The notes: generated by a model not told the origin, from the sequence alone. DNA of 64,000 bases from Dicyema japonicum (GCA_011109175.1 RDEW01000017.1:248001-312000); one strand, 5' to 3'. Positions 13,300-26,259 are shown, numbered from the stretch's first letter. Translations and numbers: made by a program.

Positions 13300-13620
13300 T
13301 CTTTACATAACCTCAGGGATACACGGATAAGGAAGATAAACAAAGTAGTTAAGTGATCCCGGTTTCCCTTATTGCCCTTGTCACTTTCATCATGTGCTCA
13401 TCGGGGGATCCCACCGATTCCCAAAAATGTCTGCGCTTGTATCTACACAGAAGCCAATGGGGACGAATGCATGAAAAGGACCAACCATTTCCGATCGTGG
13501 CACATGGACGATGATAGTGGATTTCCAGGTTCTTGGTAGAACTGGAAGAATCCGAAGCCATTTCTTCGTATCGACGATTCCGACATAAGAATGTTGAGGT
13601 CCTTCAACCCTGTCCACGAC
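13300..13620 (-). mobile_element. SINE family B, old copy
   Basis: Minus strand ends ccgggatcacttaactactttgttt...gtgtatccctgaggttat, the family tail. Confidence 0.55.
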
Positions 13621-13694
13621 TTAACAATTATCGAAACTTAAAAATACGAAATTACAAAATAACATAAAAATAAATTAAATAAATAATAAATTCT

Positions 13695-15217
13695 ATGGAG
13701 ACAACCTCCGAGGGATGTGAACTAATAAAATCTTCATTATGCTTAAAGTCATTGAAAAACATACAACTATTCGACGCCATCAAAATTTGTATTTTGTCCT
13801 CAAATCAAATCGGAAATATTCGACCGCTGAAAAATTGTCCCAGTCTTTTCATTCTTGACCTCAGCAATAACATGGTTAGTGAATCACATCAATCCAGATT
13901 GAGGATCTCCCGGATTCTGATTTTTGGTGTGTTTTCGAAAATCTCAAAATTCTCTATTTGCACGGCAACCCGATTAGCACCTATAAAGCGGTCCACATCC
14001 TAGGCCAAGGAATGACCTCCCTTGAAGTTCTCACGCTTTATGACACTCCTCTTTACTTTCTGCACCGCTATAGAAAAATGACTGTCAATTCAATCAAAAG
14101 TCTCAAGGCTTTAGACAGACACGTGATTGCTGATGACGAAATTATAGAAAATTTCGAGGTGCCCTCCAAGTTTTCAGCCCTCAATGATAACCTGAGCGCG
14201 TGTTTGTATGTCAACCACAAAGTTGTCTTTAAAGTCATCTTCAGAAAGTGAAGGGAGAGAGTTTGATGAAGGAATACAAGGGGATTTTGCAGAATGTGAA
14301 CAGAATACTTTCAAAATTCTCCCCCGTCTACATAGTTCAGAGGACATTAAGGGGATATTTTGCAAGAAATAAGGTTCTCAAGGAAAAAAACTTTATTTAC
14401 ACCAAAAGAGTAAGCTAAGGTAAAAACGAATAGAAAATCGTCGAGATCCCCCAAAACGGCACTTTAGAAGAGAAGATTTACCCACTGACATTTTCATAGT
14501 TCCAATTCCTTTGACTTTACAGAATATTTCGAATCTTTCCAAAAGTGTGGAAGGGTCCGACAGACCTATAGAACTACTCAAAGATTTGAGACAAATGGTC
14601 GAGGACGCAAAGGGTGGGAAGGAAATGATCCCACTCGTGAAAGAGGAGGATGCAAAGTTGAAGTACTCCGAAATCGTCTCAAAGGAGGTTGTTCATTAAC
14701 TGAATTTCTAGAAATTAAAGGTTGCCAATTATGCGAGGGAAACTCACCAAAAAATCCATAAATTTATTGAAAACAAAAATACAATCAAAAAATCGTTAAA
14801 GAACCGTTCATCTAGGAAACTAAACAATAACATTGTCAAATCGATATACAGAACCTTGTCGGCAAATGAGATCTCTAGGACAACTGCTGTAAAAGTATTG
14901 ACCTGGAGGTTACCCCATAGTTTCTGAAGGATGACAAAAATAAACTCAAATTATTTAAAAATTATAGACTCCACAAGAATCAATTAGAATGGACGCAAAA
15001 TGCCGCTCTTAATTTAAAAAAGGATGAAGCATTCAGGTAATTCAGTTAATTCGCATTAGGAATTCGAATTCAATCGGGAATCAACGAAGACATAATAAAA
15101 GAACAAAAGTGCCAGAGAATCAGAGCGAACACGTGTTATGTTAAGGAAGAATTCGTCAAAAGGCAAAAAACTTATAAATCGAGAATTAACCGCTTCATAA
15201 CAGACCAATTTATTAAT
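13695..15217 (+). CDS. LRRIQ3: Leucine-rich repeat and IQ domain protein 3-like
   Basis: N-terminal LRRs; YRKMTVNSIKSLKALDRHVIADDEIIENF and IQ motif SPVYIVQRTLRGYFARNK match recalled LRRIQ3; micro-introns; 3' end uncertain. Confidence 0.85.
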
Positions 15218-15254
15218 CAATGTAATAGCTTAAACAAAATTTTTAATTAATTTA

Positions 15255-15720
15255 TTATTATCCCACTTTATTTAACAAACAATAAAAAAGTTAATATATT
15301 TAATAATCAACAACCTTCCTCGCCTGCCTGTTCGCCAGCCTCCTCAGGCATGTTCGATTCTGGTTGCAGAAACAACTCCGAGAGCGCCTTGTCCAATTGA
15401 ACCCTCTGCCCATATGGCATCTCAGGGCTCTGCCTCCTATACTTCGATGTCAGGCTCTCTTTGGTCCGCTTTAACACTGTGGACTGTAGATAGGCATGGA
15501 GCTTCCTATCTACCCCCAACTGCTTCAGATAACCCTTGTGGTACTTTGTTGCAATTCCTTCCCACGTCATTACTATAGGAATAACGAGGACCTTGCATCC
15601 AAGCATCTGCCCCATCTCGTTTGCAAGAAAGTCATACTTCCTTTTTTTTCTCCACCTCCACAGTCTGCAAACGGTCTTGAGACGTGATGCCAACTTCTAT
15701 GATGAGGACTTGGCCAGACT
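15255..15720 (-). mobile_element. R4/Dong-like RLE domain, 3' fragment
   Basis: KKRKYDFLANEMG..CKVLVIPIVMTWEGI..KYH is a restriction-like endonuclease C-terminus; followed by 3' UTR and an (ATA)n flank. Confidence 0.85.
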
Positions 15721-15827
15721 CCTTATCGTGTACCACAATGAATTAATTTATTAAATATTTATTATTTTTTAATTTCGCGAAAATAGATCATTTATCCAAT
15801 TTTTTAATAATTTTTAAAATTTTTGAC

Positions 15828-16080
15828 GAGGTAGCATAGCGGTTAGTCCTGTCGCTCGAATCGTGATTAGCTGTGAGTTTGATTCCTACACCGCTCCCTT
15901 GAGAATTCTCAGATTGGCAAAAAATATATCTGGTAGAAGAGATGCGGTCTACTCTATGCCTTTTTCAGATCCTCGTTAGTTGATCCAGGATATGTGCAGA
16001 GCCGATATCCAAAAAGGATCACCTTCTTTACTCTAGTAGGAGGTTTCCATAATTGCGTATATGAACAGACGTGATGCTTG
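15828..16080 (+). mobile_element. SINE with tRNA-like head and family B-related core
   Basis: TAGCATAGCGGTTAG...GAGTTTGATTCC boxes, then TGATCC..GGATCA and ctctagtaggaggtttcc. Confidence 0.6.
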
Positions 16081-16179
16081 GAAAGAGGTACTTCATTTTG
16101 ATACGGTTTCTTTTCATATGTTCCGGGAGATGAAAATTTCAAAAAACAAACAAGAACTAATCGACCTCTTTTAATCACT

Positions 16180-17018
16180 CGCCATTTTCACGGTCAGTTT
16201 CCACGTTGCTAACCCTGGCTCCGAATCCTCCAAAGAAATATGAGCACCACCTGGGACAAGTGGATCATGCTATTAAACAAGGGGAGTAAAGGAACAGAGA
16301 AAACTAATATCACAGAGTCTGGTTGAATTATTAAGGTTTCTTAATCTCCCGCTAAATTTCCGTCGATGAAAACTCGCTAAATCTGAGAAGCCAAAATTTA
16401 ACGGAAACGAATACCCCAAACAGCTCGACCAACACGTGGTTAAAAATAATTTAAACCAGCTGGTGACAGTGTTATAGCTGATGTTCGATTCACCAGGATC
16501 CTTTGAGGCTCTCGGTCGGTACCTCAACTTAGACTTAAGAAGAAATATTTTAACTTTTGTGAGACGTTTGTAACGTTCGGCCCACCAATATAGAATTCAC
16601 AGAAACAACCAACCGACTCCCAGGAACACGGATGAGTGAACCCAGAATGGCTCGATGGCCTTCCAAAACGTTGGCGTTGCAATCCTGAGGGCTAACTCTC
16701 AATATGATCTGTGCCCTTGCACAAATAATCAGCCATTAAAAATCTCCAAATAATAATATAACGTGACAAGAAACTATTTTTCTTTTTTCCAAAAATAAGC
16801 ATACGCACTTCCCACGTGAGACAATGCACACTAAATTGAATCATTAAGTGTTACTTCCTAAAATCAAATATTTTCTCCGATGAATACTTTCTTATAGAAT
16901 TTGGGACATTCCGTAGGGAAGAATTGTTGATACAGTTTTTAATAGCCAAACTTTGAAGGTTCATTGCTCCACATATTATCTTTTTGCCTCCTTTTACGAT
17001 ATATTTGATGTTGCTCAT
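16180..17018 (-). CDS. Unidentified micro-intron gene, possibly membrane or mitochondrial
   Basis: ATG at 17018, open stretches separated by 23-27 nt GT..AG segments, hydrophobic FWVHSSVFLGVGWLFL..ILYWW; frame not fully resolved. Confidence 0.35.
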
Positions 17019-17829
17019 ACACACAACAATAAATACGTTTAAATTTATTTTAATAATTATTTAAAAAAATTATTTCAATTAATAAATTTGTTGAAAATGC
17101 ATTGATTTTTTGAATTTCGATCTCCGCTGAATCAATTCATTATACCGGCCAATTCTTCACATCGTCGATACTTTACTCACGGAAGCTACGATCCGTAGAT
17201 GCGAAGCCGGACTCCTCTGCTTTTGTGAGGTCGTCGGCCCAAGTTCTCTTTCATAATTGACTTACTGAGAAGTGGTGCTTTGAGAGCAGAGGTGTGTACG
17301 ATGGAGGACCACACACGTAAGATGACGCTGCTAATTGAGGAACTAAGAAACTGTTTGACTATACTCGTTTTTCTCAGTGAGTTTGGGCTTCTAAATGAAT
17401 AAATAAATATCAAGCTGATGACATAGCTATGGGGCATTAGGGCAGCATAGCTCTAATACTTTTAATGCATTCATCTCCTTAAGATGTCCGTAACCGTAAC
17501 CCCTCGTTCCCCTTTTATACTCAGGTGACATCAGATACAAGAACTGTCGAAAATAAGGAATTATCGGATGTCTGTGTTTGGATAACTTTTGGATTTAACT
17601 TTAAGGTTACGGAGACTTGAAAGATTCCTTTTACTTATTTTGGAGTTATTGGCTGTAATTTATTCCAATTGCTAAAATCTTGGATTGAAACTACTGTTTT
17701 AGTAAGTAAAAAGACCTCAACACATGATGATGTATACGAGGACTTCAATGTTGTAAGCAACGACCATTTATAAAAGATCAATTTTTGTAAACTTTATAAA
17801 ATTACCCGCTATTTCCACGGAAGAGCAAT

Positions 17830-18380
17830 TGTCCTTCTAAATGCAACTAAAGAGTGAAGCTGACCACGACAAAAGAAGAGTGACCCGTCTCCTGGTCGTA
17901 TAGAAGGCTGAAAAGGCATACGACAAGGTCAATCATCTAATCTGTGGTGTCATATAAGAGTTCTTTTCTGGGTGGCTGCAATCCTAACAGAATTGTTCCA
18001 AGAGATAAAAGACTCCATGATGCGCATCTGCAGGAAATCGGGACAAGTCGCTTTGAGGATGACTGAGTGGGCTAGTGGTGAATGGATCTACGTAAAAATA
18101 CTGAGCTACTTGGTTCTTTATTTATTAACCCCAATCCTAGGAAGGAACCAAAAGAGAACGTATGCTTTGCCAACCAAATCCATTCTCCAATAGGCTTCGC
18201 TTCTGAGGAAAGGTGTGAGAGTAGATCCGCCCTCTTCCATTTTCATCACAAGACCTACCGTCGCAGATATCACTTCATTCTTAGGCGTATTCCAAAATGA
18301 GTTGGTAAGGAAGAAAGTAGGAAAATCCCTTGCAACAACCGTGTCGTGACAAAAGAATTCGTCACCTAACAGGTGGGATC
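17830..18380 (+). mobile_element. Degenerate R4/Dong-like RT fragment
   Basis: KAYDKVNH and LF-type RT motif remnants with many stops. Confidence 0.45.
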
Positions 18381-18676
18381 AAGTTGGCGAGAATTGACCT
18401 AAGCTTAAAAGTCCATCTAACAGATTCGAACCAGTCAAGAAATGGTTCTTTGTCAATTTTATTTATGAAATTAAGGATTCCTAAATCAGAAAAAAATATA
18501 TTAATTAAAATAATAATAAATAAAATAATAATTTTAAATAATATATTGTTTTGTTTGTCTTGGTGTTGTGTGAGTATTTAAGTTACACAAAATTAGTCCT
18601 TAAGTTTACAACATAGAATAGCAATTCGGAAGAAATAAATACTAAATAAGTAGCCATTAAAATCACTATCCCATAG

Positions 18677-19580
18677 ATGTCACCACCTAATTTGCTTATA
18701 TCAGTAAATAAAATGAAAATTGAGCTTGAAAAGCAACTTGACCGAGAATCTCTAGAGGAGGACGTCGTTTTTAATTTTTTGAAAAAAACTCGAAGAAATG
18801 AAACTCGGCATAGACGCGCTTTATGTAGTCTCATATATTTAGTTTAGAAAACAAAAAATCGGCTTGACCATCAATGCCATCCGAAAAAAGACGCTCAGTC
18901 CCTATTTGTCATCCCTGGCCAAGTCCCTTATCGTTAAATGGAAGAAGAGCATTGAATCAGGTACTCAAAATTTGCCATTTTAGGCAATTCATTGAAAACT
19001 AAATCCGAGGTTGATGCTAAACGTGGATCCCACACTGAAGATCCCGTTAGAGTGAAATGCAGGTCAATGCTGTCTGAGGCTCTGCGAACTGGAATGAGTC
19101 CTGATTTGGGGGTTTCAACTGAGAACACAGCTGCCCTTATCGAAGACCAAATATTCCTGAATATGAAGTCCACGACTGACGGGAGTTACAAGAATCGCAT
19201 AAGAAGTCGAATAATGAATCTAAAGGATCAGAATAATCCGCTACTTCGCCAGAAAGTCCTTTCCGGTGAAATTTCTCCGGCAGAATTCTCCACGATGAGC
19301 ACCACGGTTGAGAGTTTGAGATATTTTAGGACATGGCTAACGGAGAGTTGAAATCTCTGAGGATGAAACTGTCAAAGGAAGCTATAGATGCCTCCCAACT
19401 GAGCATGACGACTGGGACTCGATCCACACTGATTAAGTGTGGAAGTGTAAAGGACACGACGTGCTGTACACTGAATTGCAAATACTACGCTCCGATGAGC
19501 CGATGACCATAATGTGTTACTGTAACGTTTGTGGATCACGTTGGCAGGTTGGTTATTTGCTATATTTTTAGATTACATAG
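18677..19580 (+). CDS. TCEA: Transcription elongation factor TFIIS
   Basis: KTKIGLTINAIRK..LAKSLIVKWKK, YKNRIRSRIMNLKDQNNPLLRQKVLSG, zinc ribbon KCGKC..QILRSDEPMT..CNVCGSRW; three micro-introns; three 1-nt indels in A runs. Confidence 0.95.
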
Positions 19581-19655
19581 TTGATATATTTATTAATTTT
19601 TTGATCTAAGATGTGTTGATTTTTAGCTATTAATTTATTTTAAGTACTTTTATTA

Positions 19656-20120
19656 GCTGAGTAGTTTAGTGGTTAGGAAGACTTGTGGGAGTTATTTGAA
19701 GGTATTTTTACTAGTAACCATGTGAACTGGATACATCACTCTCTGATTACATAAATCATATGACTTTAAGACAATTTCTGGTCGAGGGACATGAACTTTG
19801 TGGACTTTTGCTTTTGAATCCTTAGTTCAGTCATATCACATGGTTCCGGGTTCGAACCTCGCTGCTGTACATTCCGGCTGAAGGATCCACACATCTACGA
19901 TGCTTTGGGTATGATAAGTGACGCTGTCGTCGCTGAATATTTCACTCCAGAACCAAATCATCTACAAAGGGACTCAAGGTAAGGAACATTTCTTGGTTCC
20001 TTCTTCCCTTCCAACGATTAGTTAGTGTAGTGTTCTTTACTCTAATAAAGTGCGTGTCCTGGTTATGAGGAGCTATAAATATTATGTCTCCCGTGAAAGG
20101 GCTGTTATTATCATAATTCC
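19656..20120 (+). mobile_element. tRNA-derived SINE family A, interrupted head
   Basis: A box tagtttagtggttagg at about 19660; B box gggttcgaacctcg at about 19848; body and tail match 22609-22935. Confidence 0.75.
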
Positions 20121-20210
20121 TGTTAACTAAAGACTTCTTTCACTAAAATACCGACTCTATGACTTGACATCTCTATGTTGATCTTTATTATTATTTATCA
20201 ATATTTATAG

Positions 20211-23200
20211 TTATATTTTCCATCTTCCTCTGTCGAATGCGAGTGATCTCAATTCGTTCGTCCCCGTCTTTAGATTTTTTCTCACACGATTTAAGTCTTT
20301 GTTTAAGGTAGTCGGAAGCGTCGATCTAGGTCGTCTACAGAAGGGTTTGTCGCAACTGTCAAAGTAATCTTCCATTGCTTTGTTAGCGGGTGCTTCCGGG
20401 TTCATTCTTAGTACATGCCCAAATAGCCTCCACCGGGCATCTATCACATCTTTGCTGATGTATGAACACATACATTTGTTGTAGATACCAGTGGTCGATA
20501 TTCTATGTGGCCACTCCATTCCGAGTAAGCTTCTTAGTTGCCTTCTATGGAACGAATCCAGTTTCGATAGTTTGTTGAAGGAACTTCCCCAGGTCCCAGC
20601 GTTGTACAGTAGGATCGGTTTCATAAATGCGTTGTAAAGCCTGCATCTGATGTCAATTCCAAGTCCTTTGGCTCTTTGCCATCTTTTCCTCAGTTTAGCC
20701 ATTGCCGCATTTGCCAGTGTTTTCCTCCTTAGAACATCTTCAGCGTCTCCTAGTAGAGAGCCGAGCTTATTAGTGCATCTCCATTTTTCATGAGTAATAT
20801 CGTCTTCTTATTTGATTTCCGTAATTTCAGTTTTGTTTACATTTACGCTTAGAAACCAATTCTCAAGCTCCGCAGGTGAATTTTCTAGCAGGTGTTGGAG
20901 TGCGGTCACGTTCCGTGATACAAAATCCACATCATCCGCATAAGATGTCTCTTCTATGTCTCCTATATAGCATTAACGGAGGTCGCGGAGTGCAGATTCA
21001 AGGTATATGGTGAATAGTAAAGGAAGAGGGAATCACCCTGGGGTGTCGCAATCGTTGTTTTGAAACTACGGGAAGTTGCTCCTTCTGTCCTCACAGATAG
21101 TCTTGTGTTCGCAAGTAGTAGTCTGATTATCCTAACCGACGATTCATCCAATATTTGCTCAAGCACATTCATCAGTTTTCTGTCTGTTTATTGAGTCGAA
21201 AGCTTGGAGAGATCTATTCCCAACACGGTCGTTGCGCTCTTGAATCTTTAATTCGTCGCGCAGTGCCATCTGTGACTCCATACAATGTCTGACGTAGACC
21301 TCCCTTTTCGGAAGCCACTTTGACTTGCTAGGTATAGATCCGCCACACCTTTATCCGACTTAGTGCAATGTTTGCCAGAACCTTGCGTATTGAATTTAAA
21401 AGTATTATCGGGGGAGATTTTCTACTGGTCCTTTTGCTTTGTTCGGTTATTGTATGGGTATTACTAATCCATTTCCAAGTCCTAGATCGGTATTAGTTTC
21501 AAAAATGTCATTTATGGTTTTTGTAATTGTGTCGCTATGTTTTTTTTGCCCATATTTTAAGAGTTCAGGACTTATGTTGTCTGGCCCAACACTCTTGTTG
21601 TTCTTCAGTTTATTTAGCGCTAATTTCACCTTTTCCAGTGTGATTGGAATTTTTAGTGCCCTGGTTCTCCCTGGAAAGGGGGAAAGTCCTTATTTTCTGT
21701 ATTCAACAGTGTTTCAAAGTGTCGTGCAATCAATTCTGCTTTTTCTTCCGGGTTACCCACGAATTTTCCATCTTTTTCTTTGATGTGAAGGGCGTTTTGT
21801 CCCTTCTTTGTCCGCAGCAGCCAAAGCCGCAAACATCCTTGAATTGTCCTTTAGTATTCCACATCTTTTATTAGGGATGTAATAGTTTCTCTTCAGTGTT
21901 TTCTGTTCATCTTTTTGATTTTCCATTTTAGTTCCTTTTGTTGGAATTTGGGCTTTTTTTTACTCTCGTCTGACGTGTTTGCCGCTTTGAGCCGTAGCTC
22001 TCTGCAATGCTTTGCCATATCTGGCACGTTCGGGTGGTGATCCAATTTTAGGGCGTGATGATTTCGGACTCCAAGGCATATATCGGCCGACTTGGAGACT
22101 ACCTGCTTTGTTTGATCCCACAGAGTTCGTACTGATGATTCCGGTGCGGATCCTGTGGTCGCTCTCAGTTGTTGTCCCCAGTAGGAACGTGCATCATTTA
22201 GCAAGTGTTTATCAGACTTTTGGCAGATAATGAAGTCGATTTGATTATATATATTCACGTCTCCCCGACAGAGTTTTTTCTTTGTCCGTCCCATGTAGAC
22301 TTGTGGCGACCTGAGTATGTGAAGGCCGTGTTGCACAGGAATATGCTTTTTGGCTCCCAGAAGTTCACCAGAGAGTTTCCCGATGCATTTCTCCTTCCGC
22401 GCCCATGTCTTTTAATAGAGGATTCCTCGGTTTCCATTCGCATTCCGGTCTTTGCATTCATATCTCCCGCAACAAAGACAAGGGACGAGGACGAATTATT
22501 CGAGTATGTGCTTAATAGTTCTGAGTAGAATTCCTCGAGCTCACTGGGGTTCTTGATTACTCGTCCACAATGTGGTGTATAGATATTTATAACAGTTAAT
22601 AGAATCTTAATAATAATAATAATAAAGCCTTTTCACGAGAGCCATAGTATTTTATAGCTCCGCATAGGCAGGACACACACTTTATTTAAGTAAAGAACAG
22701 TTAATTTTAACTAATCGTAGAACCAAGGAATGATCTTCACTTCTTTTTTTCTTTTTCTTGTGTGAGTGTCCTTTCTAGACAATCCAGTTCCGCAGTGAGT
22801 ATTCACTGATGACGGCGTCACTCGTCAAACCATTTCTGCATCGTAGATGCGTGGAACCTTCCACCAGGTGAACAGCAGCGAGATTCGAACCCGTAGCCTA
22901 AGCCACTTAAGCCCGACACCTAACCACTAAGCCGAAAAATAGACGAAAATCGAAAAATAGACTCTTGGACGGGCATAAATCATTTAGTTTGACTTGTAGG
23001 ACACATATTCAGTCGTTGACTCTCCAATAGCGATGTAGTTTTTTGAGGTAATCCACGTGTAAGGCAAATCCCATGCCGTAGTGTTGGGAAGGAAGTTGTT
23101 CCATGTCTCATTGCGTCCATTTTCGATTTTCGTCTCTTGTAAGCAGCCAATAGATATTTTGTATTTCTCGAGATCGTCACAAAGTACTTTCCTTGTCAAA

Positions 23201-23270
23201 TCTTTCGATATTCCACGTACGTTGAACGTCATGAGCCTGAGTTCTCGATTGTATAATGAGTGTTTTTAGA
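20211..23270 (-). mobile_element. Degenerate RTE-clade LINE
   Basis: FNVRGI..LQETK, NQIDFII, SVGPDNISPELLKYG, TPQGDSL, YADDVDF, RWRLFGHVLRM; same clade as 2112-5110; frameshifted. Confidence 0.92.
22609..22935 (-). mobile_element. tRNA-derived SINE family A inserted in the RTE endonuclease domain
   Basis: A/B boxes, (TTA)n tail, candidate TSD aataga(a/c)tctt at 22598-22608 and 22956-22966. Confidence 0.88.
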
Positions 23271-23884
23271 CATTTTTCTCAACTGTTATCCAATTAAGAA
23301 ACGAGGCTCGTCACCACCTCACCAAATAATCTTTATGCTGATGGATAAAAAATCCTTGAACAGAAGAGATCGAAAAATATGGTCCTGCGTGTTTATCTAT
23401 ATCGAACTCTGCCTGTTCTTCGAGACACCTCACGTTGCCTCCGACGTTGATGTAAACCAAAAGAGCATGTGGACGCCGAATGAATTGTTTAATTTTTGAA
23501 AGTTGGCACACTTCTTCCGATTTGAGATTTTAAACTCTTTTCTATCATCAGTGTGTTACAGTACCAAATGCCCAGTAATGCAGATGACCCTTAAAAGTTT
23601 CCAGATCTCATTTGCAGATTCGAGAACGTCAATTAAATAAGAATCTGTCAACACCGAATCTAACATATCAAGAAGTCTAACCAATGAACATGAATCGTTG
23701 TCACCGAATATCTTTGTATGTCGAAAGACCATATTTTTCGATCTCTTCTGTTCAGGGATTTTAACCAAATATTGTTGTAATCACAGAAGCGTCTAGACGA
23801 CTAACCCTAAAACTAACTCTAACGATAAACACAACACTAAACCCAAGCATAACCGTAACCATAACACTAAATTTAACCCTAACC

Positions 23885-24888
23885 CAGTGGTTCTCAAACA
23901 AGGTTCGAAAAAATATAGCTCATTAAACTGCAACATTACCAAAAAAAATTTAGCCGCGTGGCGCCATGTGGTACTTAGTGGCTAATTGGTGGTAAGCTTC
24001 TGTTTTTTCGTCTGTTCCTTCTCTCTCTTCCTATTAGAGTGGCGTCATGTGATCCACCTGTCTAAGTGACGCCCAGTGCAGGCCGGCAAGAAAAAGGATC
24101 ATTTGCTCTCCCCCACTCCACTGGAGGGGTTTCCACAACTGCAGGTATGGACGTCTTTTACCTTTATATCGATTCTTATCCACAAGGTGCATTTTGGAAA
24201 TGTCAAATTTTGCGAAAGACAACAACTTAAAATCGACCATAGCATCTGAAGTTTATAGTTATTTTAATTTATTTATTTAACCCCAAGACCACCAGGAAAC
24301 TTTGTAGAACAAGACAGTGAACAAATATTAATTAAACAGGTGAGTTATTTTGTAGCACGCTGTGGAGAGGCACATACAATTGTGAAAATCTTATAAAGCC
24401 ATGTTTAAAAAAGAATCATCCATACAGAAGTAAGATGGTTGTCACGTGGAAGGGTATTGGAACGTTTACTTGAATTACAAAACGAGCTTGTTGTGTATTT
24501 CAAGAAACGAAATTTCCAATTTACAAAAATTTGGAAGGCAATCTTTGTTTACAGAGAATTGCATGATAAACTGAGAAAATATCAATCTGTTTTTATTTTG
24601 AGCGATAAAATGGCCTTAAAACGGAAAATTGAATTTTTGCGGTCATCCGTAAATAAAAACAACATTACATGCTTTGTCGTTTTGCAAGAGTATTTCAAAA
24701 TATCCTGATATCTAAGGAAAAGCTATATTTTTCACTATTACTTTTTACCTCAATGTTCACATTAAAATGTTTTTGGTTAATACGATTATGTTTTAAGTGA
24801 AAATTGTAGTAATTGAATTGGAAGGGTTCCGCAAAAAATAAATTATCCTAAAAGGGTTCCGCGAGCACCTTAAGGTTCAGAATCACTA
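23885..24888 (+). mobile_element. Internally deleted hAT (Charlie/Buster) element
   Basis: TIRs CAGTGGTTCTCAAAC / GGTTCAGAATCACTA; exact 8-bp TSD CCCTAACC (23877-23884, 24889-24896); WLSRGRVLERLLELQNEL transposase remnant. Confidence 0.92.
23952..24180 (+). mobile_element. SINE family B, young copy nested in hAT
   Basis: Near-identical to 26850-27020; shares its head with B2. Confidence 0.88.
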
Positions 24889-26259
24889 CCCTAACCAATT
24901 TTTTTTAATCGCAGATTTCATGGCGTCTGAAGACTAACCCTAACCGTAAAACTAACCCCAACACTAACCATGCTCGTAAAAAAATAACACTAACCATACA
25001 CAAATCTTAACACTAACCCTAACCGTAAAACTAACACTAACCACAACCCTAACCAATTATTGTTGTAATCGCGGATTTCGTAGCTTCTATAAGACTATTT
25101 ATGCATTTAATAACCCCGATTATGCTGGAAACAAATCTAAAAAAAAACTTCAAAAAACTCAAAATATGGGATTGCGACCATGTAACTCACCACCTCTGTA
25201 AGCTTTGGTGGCGTCCAGAAAGCACCCAATGCACCTCGGAAGAGAACTATTTACTCCACCAGGAGATAATCCCCTCTCAGGCGATCACATATCAGTTAGT
25301 TTGATTTACCCTGGTCTGAGAACTTGTTCATCTGAGTGTCCATCAAAGGGCACCATCAAACGTTTACACTAAGAAACTACCGATTATTCAAGTAATAGCA
25401 CTTCCACCTCATTAATTAAAAAAATCATCGCTATCATCACTTAATACGCAATTTTCCTCAGTTGGTAATCCAGTTGTCTTTTTTTGTTGACAAGAAGGTA
25501 GGAGGATTTTCTCATTCTCAGCTTCTTCCCTTTGACGAGCTCTTCTCAAAGTCCTCAAGGCACGTCGATTCTTTGCGCTTTTTTCTCCCGTCTGTTTCTT
25601 AGATTTTGTCATTCGGCGCCCTCGTAGACGAGAACAAAGGAACTTTCCAAGAGATTCATAATCGGGATGGTCCACCATGAACTTTCTTTGAACTTCACCG
25701 CGGTTTTCTCTTTACAGACCAAAGTCAGGGCTTCGCTCTGCATATATCCCTTGTTATTTGGTCATCATCTGTTTAGCCAAGTCGAAGTCCGAACAGAGAA
25801 GATGGCAATAACAAAGTCGGGATCGAGAGACTGAAGAATATAAAACCAAATAACCTTAATAGAACCTCAGGAGTACTTTCAAATGGGCCACGTTTATGTC
25901 AGAGTTAGAAGATTTGGCGGATTTTAATTTTCGCCCAACTTTTATAGTAGAAAAATTCTTTGCCTTTTTTATTATCGGTCTAGAAGTCACCACCTAATTC
26001 AGTTTAGAATGTTACAAATTATTTAACTGATCGCTGCTCATAGTTGATTCGGGTATGTTAATGTTCTCTGAGTCACACATCACGAAATGAGGAACTTTTA
26101 TTATTATTATTATTTGATTTTAAAAATAATGCTCATTCAATATTTAATTAAAAAAATAAATTTTGTAAATTGATTTCGTCTTTTCCTTTTATGACGTTTT
26201 CACAATGCAAAAAGAGGGCTTACAGAGTAACGGAGCGTTGGATTTGTGAAGATCATCGA

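Larger units (their letters stand above)
23765..25095. repeat. Satellite-like units with degenerate TAACCC (telomere-like) arrays
   Basis: Unit start ttgttgtaatc(a/g)c..ga recurs about three times, each followed (first two units) by ctaaccctaaccgtaaaactaacac arrays; split by the hAT element. Confidence 0.75.

Noticed and set aside
13149-13617. Protein-coding gene head-to-head with LRRIQ3 (fleeting FPGT-like IGNG motif)
   Set aside because: The region aligns with SINE family B, including its tail; the match is too short.
16180-16700. TMEM231 or TIM21 assignment
   Set aside because: Short motif matches are out of order or weak.
25412-25800. Basic 88-aa ORF (MVDHPDYESLGKFLC...)
   Set aside because: No recognisable domain or consistent splice model; may be TE-derived.
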